The notes: generated by a model from the letters alone, not told the origin. 64,000 nt of DNA from Armatimonadota bacterium (GCA_037445735.1 JBBIJY010000013.1:20478-84477); one strand, 5' to 3'. Counted from the stretch's first letter, positions 20,676-30,980 are shown. A program made the numbers and translations.

Positions 20676-20923
20676 CAGGAAACCTCTGCCTCCAGAGGAG
20701 CAAAGCTAACATTTTTCAGCATTTCGGCGGCGAACAGCAGACATGCGCGAATATCGTCGATGGTTAGACCCTCATATTCCTGCAGAATCTCCTCGACGGT
20801 GGCTCCCGCAGCCAGCAGCCCCAGAATGTAAGCGACACTCAGGCGAGTGCCGCGAATGACTGGCTGTCCAGCCAGAATGTGCGGATTGCTCACTATTCGC
20901 TCCAGCAGAGCGTTTTTTTCCAT
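20675..20923 (-). CDS. DUF433 family putative antitoxin
   Basis: 'RIVSNPHILAGQPVIRGTRLSV..EEILQEY..LTIDDIRACLLFA'. Confidence 0.92.
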   Translation of the reverse strand: MEKNALLERIVSNPHILAGQPVIRGTRLSVAYILGLLAAGATVEEILQEYEGLTIDDIRACLLFAAEMLKNVSFAPLEAEVS

Positions 20924-20964
20924 CAGCCTCACCTGTAGAGATTATACCAGACGAACCCTATGCT

Positions 20965-22032
20965 CTAAGGCTCATCGAGACAGGCATGGTGGGGACGGTA
21001 GCCTGCCTGTTCCGCTTCTGCGCGGGTGCGGAAGTAGACGCGATTGTCGGGTTTAGGTAGACCCTTGCAGTCAGGCGCGTGATACACTTTGCTGATTCGG
21101 TTGCCGATAAAGCCCGTGGTTGGGGATGCTGAGGCGGGTGGCACGGGCACTGCGGGCGATTTGCGAGCGGTGAACACCTGCAGGCGCTCGCCCTGCACGC
21201 GCACAGTGATGTCGCCATGCAAATCGGTGCGATAGATGGTGGCGCCGATGCGCTGCAGCGCCTGCAACGCCTCTTTGTGCGGATGACCATACCGATTGCG
21301 CACCCCGCAGGAGATAATCGCCATGCGCGGGCGCACGCGGCTCAAGAACGCCATGTCGGTGCCGTTGTGGGAGCCGTGATGGGCGACCTTCAGCACCTCC
21401 GCTCGCAGATCGGCGCCCTGCCGATAGATTCGCGCCCGTCCCTCCCGCTCGATATCGCCTGTGAATAGCACGCGCACCTTGCCGCAGCGCAGGCGCATCA
21501 CGATGCTGGCGTTATTGGCATCCGAGTCGGTGCCGCGCAGGAACGGCTTGCTCGGCGCGAACACCTCGATCTGGCAGTCAGGCGCAGGCTCCATCCGATA
21601 GCCTCGACCAACTGTGCGGAACCGTGCGCCACTGCGCTTGACCGCCCGCAGATAGTCCAGATAGACGGGCGAGTCGTACACGAAGCCCGAATCCCATACT
21701 TCATCGACGGCGAACTCGCGCAGCACCCGAATGAGTCCGCCGATGTGGTCGCTGTGCGGATGGCTGGCGACCAGCCAGTGGATTCGACCCACCTCAAGCT
21801 GGCGCAATTTTTGCACCAGTTCGTCCCCCGATTCGGGTGGACCGCCGTCGATGAGCATCGTTTTGCCGTTGGGGAACTGCACCAGCGCGGAATCGCCCTG
21901 CCCGATATCGAAGAAGGTGATCTGCAGAGTGCGCTGCGGAGGCGGCTGCAGCGCGGGCAGGGGTGCCTCCCGTCGCTGACAGCCAATCAGCGCCGCTGCC
22001 AGCAGCCCCAGCAGGAGAATGAGTTTACGCAT
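20965..22032 (-). CDS. ComEC-like MBL-fold hydrolase lipoprotein with C-terminal Ada-like Zn-binding motif
   Basis: Lipobox-like 'LIGC'; 'DIGQGDS', 'SHPHSDHIGG', 'FTGD', 'KVAHHGS', 'NRYGHP'; tail 'SKVYHAPDC..GYRPHHAC'; no ComEC membrane channel. Confidence 0.87.
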   Translation of the reverse strand: MRKLILLLGLLAAALIGCQRREAPLPALQPPPQRTLQITFFDIGQGDSALVQFPNGKTMLIDGGPPESGDELVQKLRQLEVGRIHWLVASHPHSDHIGGLIRVLREFAVDEVWDSGFVYDSPVYLDYLRAVKRSGARFRTVGRGYRMEPAPDCQIEVFAPSKPFLRGTDSDANNASIVMRLRCGKVRVLFTGDIEREGRARIYRQGADLRAEVLKVAHHGSHNGTDMAFLSRVRPRMAIISCGVRNRYGHPHKEALQALQRIGATIYRTDLHGDITVRVQGERLQVFTARKSPAVPVPPASASPTTGFIGNRISKVYHAPDCKGLPKPDNRVYFRTRAEAEQAGYRPHHACLDEP

Positions 22033-22149
22033 CCGTATCCGCATTATACCTGCGCTGCACCCGCTGCCCGTATCAACCGCACCTTCTCCACAAACAGCAG
22101 CGGCACATCTCCACGCGCCCATATCACCCGCGCAAACGAACCAGAAAAT

Positions 22150-22189
22150 CCCTCTCCCCCGTCAGGGGGAGAGGGCATAGGTGAGGGGG
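22150..22189. repeat. REP-like palindrome
   Basis: CCCTCTCCCCC-GTCA-GGGGGAGAGGG followed by CATAGGTGAGGGG. Confidence 0.7.
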
Positions 22190-22218
22190 TCTTTTTCTGA
22201 ATGAAAGGCTTGAGCGAT

Positions 22219-25200
22219 TCACTGGCGTCCCAGCCCCAGCAGTTCCATCAGTGAGGGCACGCGCATCTCCGGCATGCCCAGCATATACTGCGCGTTGAGG
22301 GCTTTCTCGATGGTGTCGATGGCTTCGCTGTAGTGGGCGCGGGTGTAGTCGTCCTGCACCTTCGGCAGTGCCTGTTTCAGCTGGGCGTGCAATCGGCGCA
22401 GGTGGTAGCGTGCCAGCATCTTCGCATCGTCGGGCGCCGCCGAGCTTTTGACCAGCATATCGGTCATCTGCTGGAGATAGGCGCGTTGCAGGAGGCGTCG
22501 GAGCGCGTTCACGGGCTTGCCTGATGGCGCTTCCGACCAGATGGCGTCCTGCAGGGTGCGGAACATCTCGGCAAGGGTGAAGGTGTCTTTGGAGTCGCCC
22601 TGTTTGAACTCGTTGTTCACGATGCGGCGCAGGGTGTCGGGCGCGAGCAGGCGCGTGAGCGTGAGCCGCTGGATGTTGCTGACGAAATCGCGCACGGGCG
22701 CATCGGGCGGGATGGGACCGCCCCCGCGCGCGGGGTTCGGCGCCAGCTTGTCGTAGTAGCTCTTCGGAAGGTTGAACGCCCGCTCCGAGAAGATATATTT
22801 CACCAGCAGGTTCAGCGCGCGCCGCTGGGTCGCGCCATCAATCGGCTTCAGGGGTGGCTGCGCGTTGGGGTCATCGCGGAAGTTGCGCCGAATCTGTAGC
22901 GCCCCAATAAATCGGCTCAGCTGCACCGACGCCTGACTGTAGTTCGCCAGCACGCTGAAGAAGTAGCGGGTGAACTCGTAATAGCTCTCGCCAGGGCGCG
23001 GCACGCGACCGGGCAGCGCTTTGAGCAGTTCGTCGGTGTCCTTCAGCGTCAGCTCCCAGTAGGCGATGGGGTCGCGCCCCAGATCGAAGCGCGTCACATA
23101 GGGGTCAAAGCGGTCGGCGTACTCGTCGGTCTCGAACGCCAGTCCCGGCTCGGTGTTGCGCCGTGCGATGGCGTTCAGATACGGCTTCTCGGCTTCAGGT
23201 GTGGCGACGCCAAAGTCCCTGTAGCCGTACTCGATTGCCCAGTAGTCGTAGGGACCGATGGTCGGGTTCCAGTAGACGGTGTTGGGCGCGTGGAGCGCCA
23301 TCTGGTTGAACGGGTCATACTCCATCACGCTGGCGACCACACCGCTCTGCCGCACGAGGGTGCCATTTGCCAGCTCGTCCAGCGAGTGGTAGCAGCTGGC
23401 GACGAAGTTATGGCGCAGCCCCAGGATGTGCCCCATCTCATGCATCGTCACCGAGCGCAGGTAGTCCTTCACGAACTGGTCTTCGGTGGTGCGGGTGGCG
23501 TTGCGGCGCGGGGCAAGCAGGTTCATCATCAGGTAGCCCATCCAGGCACGGAACATGGAGCCTTCGGCGAGCGTGCAGACGCGCGGGTCGTAATGGACAT
23601 AACCTTTCTCCCACGCTTCCGCCTCGCGGAACGCCGCCAGCGGGTCGATGTCGCGCTGATAGATCAGGCGCGTGATGCGTGCCATGTTGCCGTCGATGGT
23701 GATGCTGGCGTTCAGAATCTGACCCGTAATGGGGTTTACCCGAAAGAGCGCGACCGCGTAGCCATTATTGGGCGAGGAGACCCAGCGCACCACATTGTAG
23801 CGCATATCGGCGTGATCCCAGTCGGCATCGTCCGGCATCTGTTTGACCACAATCGCGTCCTTGATGCCAATCTTCTCGAACGCTTTATTCCATTCCAGAA
23901 TGCCCTCGCGGATGGCATCGCGATACTCTTCGGGGATGGCGTTATCGAGCCAGAAGACGATTGGCTCTTTGGGGGGTGAGAGAGGGGCGTTCGGGTCGGC
24001 TTTTTCCAGTTTCCAGCGCAGGATGTAGCGCTTCTCCTGCTGCGGCTGGTCGGTGGTGAAGTCGAGATATTCGGTGTAGAAGTAGCCGACACGCGGGTCA
24101 AAAAGGCGCGGGCGATAGCCGTTGTTGACAGGCAGCTCCCACAGGTTATAGTTGACCGTGATGGGCAGGCTGCGCGGGTCGGCTAATTCGGCACTGCCTG
24201 TCAGCCCGGGCAGCAGCCCTGCCAGCCCGCCACCACGCTGCTGACCGCCTGCAAAGTGGTATGCCGTCTGCACGAAGATGTTGTTCGGGAACGCCTTCAC
24301 GGCGAGGTAGGCGGTCTTCTCACGGTCGATGGTGTAGTTGCCGCCTGCCGCTGCGCTCGCCAGCTGCTGAATCTGCACCACATCGGAGCGGAAGAAGTTC
24401 GACACATCGATCAGGAAGGTCTTGCCCTCCTTGTCTTTGGCTTCGATTTTGAACGCCTCCAGATAAGCGTCGGCGAAGGAGCGCTGCACCGAGCGGGCGA
24501 TGGGCTTTTTGGGGTCGGCATAGAAGCGCAGGTTCGGCTCCACCAGCAGAATCTGCTCATCGCGGCGAACGAACTTGAACACGATATCGTTGATGGGTGT
24601 GCCCGCTGCCATGAAGAAGGTGGGGATACCCTCGCTGATGGTCGCCTGCAGGAAGTAGAGTTTGTTCAGCTGCTCTTCACGGATTGCCATATAGAGGGTG
24701 TCTTTGCCCGCCTCCTTCTTGCGGTAGAGGGTGAACAGCCCGTCCAGCTTCTCGAAGTCCTTGACCACCTCGTCGATGGTTTTCTCTTTCCTGGTCTCGG
24801 TTTTCTGTTCGGCTTTTTGTTCACTCTTTTCGGGTTGGGTCGCTTTTTCAGCTTTATCGCTTTTGGCGGGTTGTGCGGGCTGTTGTTCGGCAGGTTTAGC
24901 AGGGGCGGTTGCAACCTGTTCGCCTTCTGGCAGCGGTGTGCCCTCGATGCGCTCGTACTCCACCTGCGCTTTCGCAGCGGCGCCCGCACCCGGTTCACCA
25001 AACCGCATGCCCTCCACACTGCCAGTGGCGTATACTGTGTCGCCCGTGCGCACCTCCACAAGGAACTCGATAACGGCGTTCAGCTTGCTGTCGCCGCCAG
25101 CTGTGTAGGCGCTTGTGATACGGGCGACACGGATGCCCTTCCACTCTTCAAAGCCCTTCAGGGTGTACTCGGCTGTGCCTGGCACCGTGCCCGCTTTCGA

Positions 25201-25674
25201 ATCTTCTTTGAAGGTATAGCTCCATTGGTCGCCCGCGCCGACGGGGTTGGCGGGGAAAATCAGGGCAAACGCCTGGCTCATCTGGCGCGAATCGGCGTTC
25301 TGGTCAGAGCCTTCCGACTCTCTGGCAATGATCTCGCCGTTGGGTTTGATGGTGGTCACGGTGCGTTCGCGGAGCGCCTCTTCCGGGGTGGGCATCTTGT
25401 TGCCGTTGAAGGTCATCTCGTACGATTCGGTGGTCTGTTCCTGCTTGATGTTGCCTTCGGGGGTGACCTCCAGCACCTTCTGCACGGCGACACTGCTGAT
25501 TTCGAGATTGAAGGTTCTTCCGGCGGCTTCGACGGTGATGGTGGCGTTGAGCCGGTAGCGCATCGTTTGACCGGCTTTGGCGCGATAGACGAGTTGCACC
25601 TTCTCCTGCGCGTACGCGCCCAGCAAAAGCGTCAGCATTAAAAGCCCGACCATCAGCGTAGTTGCTTTTCGCAT
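22219..25674 (-). CDS. Secreted zinc-dependent metalloprotease (DUF5117/DUF4953 met-zincin type) with extra N-terminal beta domain
   Basis: 'HEMGHILGLRHN', Met-turn 'SVMEY', 'IGPYDYWAIEYGY', 'DPRVGYF'; signal peptide; AGGAGG RBS. Confidence 0.9.
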   Translation of the reverse strand: MRKATTLMVGLLMLTLLLGAYAQEKVQLVYRAKAGQTMRYRLNATITVEAAGRTFNLEISSVAVQKVLEVTPEGNIKQEQTTESYEMTFNGNKMPTPEEALRERTVTTIKPNGEIIARESEGSDQNADSRQMSQAFALIFPANPVGAGDQWSYTFKEDSKAGTVPGTAEYTLKGFEEWKGIRVARITSAYTAGGDSKLNAVIEFLVEVRTGDTVYATGSVEGMRFGEPGAGAAAKAQVEYERIEGTPLPEGEQVATAPAKPAEQQPAQPAKSDKAEKATQPEKSEQKAEQKTETRKEKTIDEVVKDFEKLDGLFTLYRKKEAGKDTLYMAIREEQLNKLYFLQATISEGIPTFFMAAGTPINDIVFKFVRRDEQILLVEPNLRFYADPKKPIARSVQRSFADAYLEAFKIEAKDKEGKTFLIDVSNFFRSDVVQIQQLASAAAGGNYTIDREKTAYLAVKAFPNNIFVQTAYHFAGGQQRGGGLAGLLPGLTGSAELADPRSLPITVNYNLWELPVNNGYRPRLFDPRVGYFYTEYLDFTTDQPQQEKRYILRWKLEKADPNAPLSPPKEPIVFWLDNAIPEEYRDAIREGILEWNKAFEKIGIKDAIVVKQMPDDADWDHADMRYNVVRWVSSPNNGYAVALFRVNPITGQILNASITIDGNMARITRLIYQRDIDPLAAFREAEAWEKGYVHYDPRVCTLAEGSMFRAWMGYLMMNLLAPRRNATRTTEDQFVKDYLRSVTMHEMGHILGLRHNFVASCYHSLDELANGTLVRQSGVVASVMEYDPFNQMALHAPNTVYWNPTIGPYDYWAIEYGYRDFGVATPEAEKPYLNAIARRNTEPGLAFETDEYADRFDPYVTRFDLGRDPIAYWELTLKDTDELLKALPGRVPRPGESYYEFTRYFFSVLANYSQASVQLSRFIGALQIRRNFRDDPNAQPPLKPIDGATQRRALNLLVKYIFSERAFNLPKSYYDKLAPNPARGGGPIPPDAPVRDFVSNIQRLTLTRLLAPDTLRRIVNNEFKQGDSKDTFTLAEMFRTLQDAIWSEAPSGKPVNALRRLLQRAYLQQMTDMLVKSSAAPDDAKMLARYHLRRLHAQLKQALPKVQDDYTRAHYSEAIDTIEKALNAQYMLGMPEMRVPSLMELLGLGRQ

Positions 25675-25864
25675 GGTTTGTCCCTCCTGTTAGCGGGGCA
25701 TCTGCCCGACGGGAGATTATACCTTCTGAAGAGCTATGGAGCCTCCCACAGTGCGCTGATGGGTTGCGCCCAGAGTCGTTCGCCGAAGGGCAGAGTATGC
25801 GTGCCTGTGTACAGCACCACGTCCATCAGTCATCGCTCAATCATCATGAAAGATGCCCGTTCAA

Positions 25865-25903
25865 TGGCTGAAAATCCACCACTTGATGGCGGATTTTCAG
25901 CCA
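25865..25903. terminator. Hairpin downstream of rnj
   Basis: TGGCTGAAAATCC...GGATTTTCAGCCA, 13-bp perfect arms. Confidence 0.55.
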
Positions 25904-25920
25904 CAGGCAGGGCGAGCAGG

Positions 25921-27558
25921 CTATACCTCCGTTACAATCGGCAGGATGAGCGGGCGGCGGTTGAGGTGCTTGCGGCAGAATCGGCGGAGTACCATGCTCA
26001 CCTCTTCGCGCACATTGTCCCAGTCGTTGAGTTCGGCGGGCAGCATTTTACCCAGCGCGTCGCGCACGGCTTCGCGTGCCAGCTCGGGTTGAACTTCGTT
26101 GAGCCATTCGAAGCCGCGCGGGATGAGCTGCGGGTCATCGACGAGGTCGCCTGTCTGGGCACGGATGGTGAGAATGGCGATCAGCATGCCCTCGCGGGCG
26201 ATCTGACGGCGGTCGTGAATCACCTCTTCTGGCACGCCCTCCACACCCTCTTCGATGAGGTAGCGTCCAGCGGGCACTGGCTCGCCCAGCGACGCGACGC
26301 CGTTCTCGATGCGCAGCACGGAGCCGTTCTCCAGCAAAAAGAGCTGGTCGCTGGAATAGCCCATCTGGCGCGCCAGTTCCAGATAGAGCGCCTGATGGCG
26401 TGGCTCGCCGTGAATGGGCGCGAGGTAGCGCGGCTTGAGCAGGCTCAACATGAGTTTGAGTTCTTCCTGGCAGGCGTGCCCCGACACATGCACGGGCGCA
26501 ATCTTCTCATGCACCACGCGCGCGCCCAGCCGCACCAGGCGGTTCACCGTGCGCCACACGAGGCTCTCGTTGCCAGGAATGGGCGTCGCCGACAGAATCA
26601 CCATATCGCCCGAGCGAATCTTGAGGCGGGGGTACTCGTCGGCGGCGATCTGGCTGAGCGCGGAGAGCGGCTCGCCCTGACTGCCCGTGGTCAGCACCAG
26701 CAGGCGGTCGTCGGGATAGTCGTCGATCTGGCGGGCATTAATGAGCAGGTCTGGCTCCACCTGCAGGTAGCCGTGCTGGAGCGCAATCTCCACATTCTGC
26801 TCCATGCGCCGTCCGAGAATCGCCACCTTGCGCCCGTAGAGCGCCGCCATATCGAACGCCTGCTGAATGCGATGGATGTTGGAGGCGAAGGTGGTGATGA
26901 GGATACGCCCTGTCGCCTGCGCGAAGAGCGTATAGAGCGCGTCGCTCACCCTGCTCTCCGATTCGCCCCAGCCCGGTCGCTCCACATTGGTGCAGTCGCT
27001 CAGCAGCAGCAGCACGCCGCGCTCGCCCACCCGCGCCAGCTGGTTGAAATCGGTGCGCTGACCATCGACGGGGGTGTGATCGAACTTGAAATCGCCCGTG
27101 AACACGATGGCGCCTTCGGGCGTGTGCAGAGCGAAGGCGACCGAATCGGGGATGCTGTGCGTAACGCGGATCACCTCTACCTCGAAATCGCCGATGGGGA
27201 ACCGTTCGCCTGGCTGGATGAGGCGCAGGTCGGCGCGGATGCGCCGCTCGCGCAGTTTGCCCTCCACCAGCGCGAGCGTCAGGCGTGTGCCATACACCGG
27301 CACGGGCAGGTTCGGCAGGATATAGGGCAGTGCGCCCACATGGTCTTCGTGCCCGTGCGTCAGCAGGATGCCCCGCACCTCGTCCCGACAGCTGTAGAGA
27401 TAGGTCGGGTCGGGCATCACCAGATCGACACCAGGCAGCTCTTCGCCCGGAAAGGCGATCCCGCAATCCACCATCACTGCCTGCCCGTTATAGCGAACCA
27501 GATTGAGATTCTTGCCGATTTCGCCTGCGCCGCCCAGCGGAATGATTTCTATTGCCAA
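25921..27558 (-). CDS. rnj: Ribonuclease J
   Basis: 'PLGGAGEIGKN', 'THGHEDHVG', 'TGDFKFD', 'FASNIHR', 'TGSQGEP', 'HVSGHA', 'HGE'. Confidence 0.96.
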   Translation of the reverse strand: MAIEIIPLGGAGEIGKNLNLVRYNGQAVMVDCGIAFPGEELPGVDLVMPDPTYLYSCRDEVRGILLTHGHEDHVGALPYILPNLPVPVYGTRLTLALVEGKLRERRIRADLRLIQPGERFPIGDFEVEVIRVTHSIPDSVAFALHTPEGAIVFTGDFKFDHTPVDGQRTDFNQLARVGERGVLLLLSDCTNVERPGWGESESRVSDALYTLFAQATGRILITTFASNIHRIQQAFDMAALYGRKVAILGRRMEQNVEIALQHGYLQVEPDLLINARQIDDYPDDRLLVLTTGSQGEPLSALSQIAADEYPRLKIRSGDMVILSATPIPGNESLVWRTVNRLVRLGARVVHEKIAPVHVSGHACQEELKLMLSLLKPRYLAPIHGEPRHQALYLELARQMGYSSDQLFLLENGSVLRIENGVASLGEPVPAGRYLIEEGVEGVPEEVIHDRRQIAREGMLIAILTIRAQTGDLVDDPQLIPRGFEWLNEVQPELAREAVRDALGKMLPAELNDWDNVREEVSMVLRRFCRKHLNRRPLILPIVTEV

Positions 27559-27641
27559 CTTCGATCCTCCAGATAGAGTATAGCATGGTTGAGCAGGAGC
27601 GATAGAGCGGGCTGGCGAATCGAGAAGCGGGTGATGGCACG

Positions 27642-28142
27642 ATGCGTCGGAGCATGCAGGAGTGGATGAGCCTGCTGGTCGCGCTGGGGTTCATTTTGCT
27701 GGCGCTGGGGGGCTTTCTCGCGGTGGTGCTGGGCTTGACCGGTGGGGCGCAGCTGTTTGGCACGGGCGAATCGCCCCTGCTGCTGGCATTCGGTGGTGCG
27801 CTGGGGCTGGCGCTGCTGGGGGGATTGCTCATCGGCGCGGTTGCCGGCTACGGGCTGTGGCTCAATCGCAACCGATACCGCGCCCCGATGCGGAGTTTTC
27901 CCAATGTGTATGTGGTTGCCCGCTATGCGGTGGACATCCACACGGGCGATATAGTCCCCTACTGGTACGACTACGCGCCCGAGAACCTGCGCTACTATGT
28001 GCGCCTCGATCACGGTCGCGGCGTGCAGGAGGAGTACGAATGCGCGCTGGAGACCTTCCAGAGCGTGGGCGAGGGCATGCGCGGTGAAGCGCTCTGTCAG
28101 GGTCAGTGGCTGTGCGCGTTCCGCCCCTACACAGGCGCTTAG
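27642..28142 (+). CDS. Hypothetical membrane protein (two N-terminal TM helices)
   Basis: 166 aa; two hydrophobic segments then a small soluble domain. Confidence 0.7.
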   Translation: MRRSMQEWMSLLVALGFILLALGGFLAVVLGLTGGAQLFGTGESPLLLAFGGALGLALLGGLLIGAVAGYGLWLNRNRYRAPMRSFPNVYVVARYAVDIHTGDIVPYWYDYAPENLRYYVRLDHGRGVQEEYECALETFQSVGEGMRGEALCQGQWLCAFRPYTGA

Positions 28143-28182
28143 CGAACAGGAGAGCGCAACTTCAACCCGAATCGCATGCTGG

Positions 28183-30162
28183 ATGCAGGCAGATGCAGGG
28201 AGGCGGACACAGGCGGAAAGCCGTACGGAAGTTCGGTTCCGCGTCGGGCGCGTGCTGATTGCAGGTGGTCTGCTCATTGCGCTCACCTCTGTTATAGTGG
28301 CGTCGGCGGAGCTGGTGGCGCAGACCATTCAGATTGGCATGATGCAGTTGCCGCCGGCGGTGGTGGCGCTATTGTTCGTGCTGGTGCTGCTCAATCGCGG
28401 GCTGGCGCGGCTCAATCCGAAATGGGCGTTCAGTCCGCAGGAGCTGGCGGCGCTCTTCGTGATGATGCTGTTCGGTGCGATGCTCGCCTCGCGCGGGCTG
28501 ATGGAACGGCTCATCCCCATCCAGGTCGCCCTCAGCTACTATGCGGACGCCAACCGCTGGGACACGCTCTATTTCCCCTACCTGCAACCCTTCATGGTGC
28601 CCTGGTCGCTGGAGCGGGCACAGCCGGAGCCGCTGGTGCGCTGGTTCTATCAGCGCATGCCGCACGGTGAATCGATCCCGTGGGGCGCATGGCTTGGCTC
28701 CACGCTGAACTGGCTGGTGCTGATTGGCGCGGTCTTCTTCGCCTTTTTGTGCATCAGCGTGCTGTTACGCAAGCAGTGGGTGGAGAACGAGCGGCTGGCG
28801 TTCCCGCTGGTGCAGTTGCCGCTGGAGCTGATGCGCGGGGGCGAGTTTCTGGGCAATCGCGCTTTCTGGTTCGGCGCGCTCGTGCCCATCTTCGTGTTCA
28901 CGCTGAACGGTCTGCACAAGAACATCCCGACCATCCCCGAAATCACGCTCAGCCTCCCGCTCAACACCTACTTTACGAACCCGCCGCTGGACAGGCTCAC
29001 CTTTTTTCGCGCCTATCTCTCCTTCGCGGCGGTCGGCTTCTTCTTTCTGATCCCGACCGAACTGCTGTTCAGCTTCTGGTTCTTCTATCTGTTGAGCAAG
29101 GGGCTGGAGATGCTGGGCTTGCTGAACGGTTTTGAGACGGAGGCGCGGCATGCGGCGGCAGCGGGCTTCGTGAAGTGGAGCTGTTCGGGCGCGTTTTTTG
29201 CGGTCGCGCTCTACATTCTCTATTCGGCACGCCATCACCTGCGCTATATCGGGCGCGTGGTGATTGGCTCGGAGCCGCCGCCTCCGCGCGGCAGCGAGCT
29301 GATGCCCTATCGGGTCGCCTTCTGGGGGCTGGTAATCGCCTTTCTGGTGATTGTGGTCTGTTGCATTCGCATGGGGATGAGCGTGTGGACAGGTGCGGTG
29401 GTGTTCGCGATCTATCTGTTCGTACAGGGGCTGGTGATGGCGCGTTGCACAGCTGAAGGTGGGTTGCTCATCACCGAAGGCTGCTTCACCCCGATGGATG
29501 TGGTGACTCTGGAGCGGTATGCCAACTTTTCCCCACGCACGCTGACTGCGATGGCGTTTGTTGATGGGCTGTTCACGCGCGATCTGCGCGGCATTACCCT
29601 TACGGGCTATCTGGACGCGCAGAAGCTGGGCGAGGAGGTGCGCCTGAACCGACGCACCCTGCTCGCAACGATTGGGGGCGGTGTGATGCTGGCGGTGGTG
29701 GTGGCGTTCGTGTTCCAGCTCTGGCTGCCATATCAGTATGGCGCGCTCAATCTTTATCCCTATGTGTATCAGCATGCGCCCGTGCAGTTCTTTCGGGAGA
29801 ACGCGCCCTTTATGACGGGCGGTCAGACCGCGCCCATTCCGTCCTATCGCCCGCTGTTTCTGGGGCTGGGGTTTGTGATCACGCTGGCGCTGGCGTGGGC
29901 GCGGTCGGTGTTCGTGGGCTTTCCGTTGCATCCGCTCGGCTTCGCGATGAGCGCGAGCTGGGGCGTGGTGGTGCTGTGGTTCTCGATGCTGGTGGCATGG
30001 CTGATTAAGGCGCCGCTGTTGCGCTATGGCGGGATGGCGATGTATCGGCGCGTGCGCCCCTTCTTTCTCGGAATGATTTTTGGCGAGTTCTTCTCCGCCG
30101 CTGTGTGGGCGCTGCTCGCCCTGCTGTTTAGAGTCGAAACGCCCGACTATCCGTGGCCCTGA
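28183..30162 (+). CDS. Large polytopic membrane protein (DUF6785/DUF6784-like, putative transporter)
   Basis: Many TM segments; 'LRKQWVENERLAFPLVQLP', 'FPLHPLGF', 'WLIK..LRYGG..YRRVRPFFLGMIFGE'; family label recalled, not searched. Confidence 0.72.
   Translation: MQADAGRRTQAESRTEVRFRVGRVLIAGGLLIALTSVIVASAELVAQTIQIGMMQLPPAVVALLFVLVLLNRGLARLNPKWAFSPQELAALFVMMLFGAMLASRGLMERLIPIQVALSYYADANRWDTLYFPYLQPFMVPWSLERAQPEPLVRWFYQRMPHGESIPWGAWLGSTLNWLVLIGAVFFAFLCISVLLRKQWVENERLAFPLVQLPLELMRGGEFLGNRAFWFGALVPIFVFTLNGLHKNIPTIPEITLSLPLNTYFTNPPLDRLTFFRAYLSFAAVGFFFLIPTELLFSFWFFYLLSKGLEMLGLLNGFETEARHAAAAGFVKWSCSGAFFAVALYILYSARHHLRYIGRVVIGSEPPPPRGSELMPYRVAFWGLVIAFLVIVVCCIRMGMSVWTGAVVFAIYLFVQGLVMARCTAEGGLLITEGCFTPMDVVTLERYANFSPRTLTAMAFVDGLFTRDLRGITLTGYLDAQKLGEEVRLNRRTLLATIGGGVMLAVVVAFVFQLWLPYQYGALNLYPYVYQHAPVQFFRENAPFMTGGQTAPIPSYRPLFLGLGFVITLALAWARSVFVGFPLHPLGFAMSASWGVVVLWFSMLVAWLIKAPLLRYGGMAMYRRVRPFFLGMIFGEFFSAAVWALLALLFRVETPDYPWP
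30107..30158 (+). repeat. 52-bp direct repeat, copy 1 (3' end of the membrane-protein gene)
   Basis: GGGCGCTGCTCGCCCTGCTGTTTAGAGTCGAAACGCCCGACTATCCGTGGCC, identical to 30929-30980. Confidence 0.95.
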
Positions 30163-30168
30163 GAAGCG

Positions 30169-30639
30169 CTATTGGTCAAGGAGAAGAACTTCAGCAGGCT
30201 CTGAGACAAGCGCACTGGTGAGGGCAATAATGCCTCTATCGAAAGTCACGAGTCGAGCCCGAAAACGGAGGCAGATGCCCAAAAGGTGGAGATCGGTCAG
30301 CTGTCGGTGACCAGTTAGTGCGCTTAAATCAAATCGGGATGAATCCAGAAGCGAGGTGTCATCGTGCAGGAAATGATGTGTTTCAGGGTGGTGGGTTATC
30401 AGGTAGCGCAGATGGAAAGCGGCGTCGGCTATTGTAAGGCGGCGGTTGGGGTAGGCAGGATTGGTAACGACACGCAGAAAGCCGCTCTGGGTAAGCGGGC
30501 AGGTCGCCCATGCTTTATGGCGCGCTTCAGCAAACCACTCATGAGCAACCGCGTGGCGCTCATGGGCGGGTTCGAAGAGCGCAACCAGCACATTCACATC
30601 GGGCAGGTCAATCGGTAGATGCTTTTTCCTTTTCCTCAT
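30169..30639 (-). CDS. vapC: VapC family PIN-domain ribonuclease toxin
   Basis: 'LPDVNVLVAL..H..WF..TCPLTQSGFLRV.TNP..GHRQLTDLHLL..LVTFD'; true start probably slightly internal. Confidence 0.88.
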   Translation of the reverse strand: MRKRKKHLPIDLPDVNVLVALFEPAHERHAVAHEWFAEARHKAWATCPLTQSGFLRVVTNPAYPNRRLTIADAAFHLRYLITHHPETHHFLHDDTSLLDSSRFDLSALTGHRQLTDLHLLGICLRFRARLVTFDRGIIALTSALVSEPAEVLLLDQ

Positions 30640-30871
30640 CGAGCAGCTGCCTCACTATCTCTGCCGTCACAGGCACCATATCTGGTAAATCAGGAAATAG
30701 AGGGACACCGTTGAAGACACAAACCCCCTCTGGCAGAGAGGATTCGGCACACCCTGCCGTCCCCCGCTCATCCTCTCTGATGATGAGCGTGAGCTGCTGA
30801 ATTTCAGGATGGCTTTGTAGATAAGCCATCACCTGTTTTCGGTCGCCACGCAGAACCTGAACCCGTCCCAT
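30608..30871 (-). CDS. Putative antitoxin of the VapC gene
   Basis: 87 aa, overlaps the toxin 5' end; C-terminal 'NGVPLFP..PVTAEIVRQLLDEE' typical of partners of this PIN subfamily; own GGTATACT box. Confidence 0.72.
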   Translation of the reverse strand: MGRVQVLRGDRKQVMAYLQSHPEIQQLTLIIREDERGTAGCAESSLPEGVCVFNGVPLFPDLPDMVPVTAEIVRQLLDEEKEKASTD

Positions 30872-30928
30872 ATCAGACGAAGTATACCTCTTCGATGTGG
30901 AGGAGCCGTTGCGTTTCGGTGGTTATTG

Positions 30929-30980
30929 GGGCGCTGCTCGCCCTGCTGTTTAGAGTCGAAACGCCCGACTATCCGTGGCC
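30929..30980 (+). repeat. 52-bp direct repeat, copy 2
   Basis: Identical to 30107-30158, followed by A-TAA so it still reads ALLALLFRVETPDYPWP-stop. Confidence 0.95.

Noticed and set aside
20965-22032. Call as the true competence channel ComEC
   Set aside because: Only the MBL domain is present; the membrane channel domain is missing
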